Both the position numbers and the translations under genes were made by a program. The notes beneath the pieces were generated by a model. The model was given only the letters and a program-made list of their open reading frames with translations, did no database searches and was not told where the DNA came from. Positions 63,045 through 64,000 of a DNA stretch of 64,000 bases are shown one piece after another; the first letter of the stretch is position 1; each line of letters starts with the position of its first letter. Origin of the DNA: Octopus sinensis (lineage: Eukaryota); contig NC_043011.1 of the NCBI RefSeq assembly GCF_006345805.1, positions 4,588,001-4,652,000 on the forward strand, in the 5' to 3' direction.

Positions 63045-64000
63045 TAATGTCACACAGGGTGATAACAAATGAGAACACTAAAAGAAAACTGAACAAATCA
63101 TACAATGGCCTGGAACATGCTCAGGCTTTCATCAGTTATCGACTAGATCTCATCACAATTTCGACACTTCGTGATATGTATCCTGCTCGTTCGCCAAGGA
63201 CCATCTAGTCATCCTTAAGCATGGCTGATGACTTTCGAAATGACTTTGTTTAGAGTGAAGAAGAGTTGCGCAGCGTCAACCTCTCGGTCTTGGCCGTGAC
63301 CATCTTCAATCCCGTGACAAGACCAGGTCCAGGTCCAGGTAAAAGGATAATGAGATGTATGCTACGGGTGACCAAGATGTCTTACTTGTCTCATCTTGCT
63401 CTGTGAACTGCACAATACATTGCTGTAGACACTGCCTTCGCCTCTGTTGAACCATGAAGGTTTCTTCCACAGAGTCCGCTGGATCCAGTCTTCAAATGCA
63501 TAAGTAGGCAGCCATAAAATGCTAATTAGCTCAAAGGTGGATATACGGGTGCTACTACACCGGGTCAGAATAGACCTGGGAATAGTAGCTGATAGGTTGT
63601 TTCACATTCATCAAGATCCTCGAAATAAGGGCTTCATGTTGCCGATCGTGTTGACGGTGTTCCAGAGTATCGTCGATCGAGCAGATTATGATCAAAGCCA
63701 TTCCAGTTATGACCATTCTCTTCTTCTTCCACTTTGAATGCGAGTTAGGAACTCGGGATCACATAGACCAACATTCCTTTTTAGATGGAAGAGTGCGTTT
63801 TGCGGGTAATTTAACTGTTACTTCCAGTTGATCAAGAATTTAGAAGCTTTTTCGTTGATTCGTTGAGTCCCTAGTTATTTAGTCAGGTGTTTCACCATAT
63901 TCTAACACTTCTTTACTCATAAGCGCAGGTTGAGGGCTTAAGAAGCTTGCTTCCCAAAACGTGTAGTTTGTGTTCAGTCCCACGACGCGGCACCTTGAGC

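Noticed and set aside
63080-63330. Possible RTE 3' remnant ending in (ccaggt)3
   Set aside because: Too degraded to give a continuous recognisable translation.

Overview
Repeat-saturated, AT-rich animal DNA. The SINE families and microsatellite density look like an octopus (coleoid cephalopod) genome; this is recognition and inference, not a database result. No complete host gene is visible, only one good candidate exon (56215-56355) and a candidate Pol II core promoter (~12287-12357). Nearly all listed ORFs are microsatellite translations. Real coding content is transposon-derived: a near-intact 5.3-kb Tx1/L1-clade LINE (44798-50141, -), a decayed full-length Penelope-like element with hammerhead-ribozyme pLTRs (7117-10590, -), several R4/Dong-type LINE pieces in (AAT)n/(GAT)n tracts, RTE, Gypsy, Tc1, mariner and Chapaev3 relics, Helitron/Helentron non-autonomous elements and MITEs. 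The best candidate for an undescribed system is a LINE-SINE pair. The Tx1-like LINE sits, with a 13-bp duplication, at one hairpin-loop site inside a tRNA-derived SINE. A subfamily of that SINE carries the LINE's 3' tail and forms exact 184-bp self-nested arrays joined at the same nucleotide in three separate places. A second theme is a set of short (TA)n-embedded elements with hammerhead-like folds that have a non-canonical 8-nt core, one of them in the loop of a perfect 129-bp inverted repeat.
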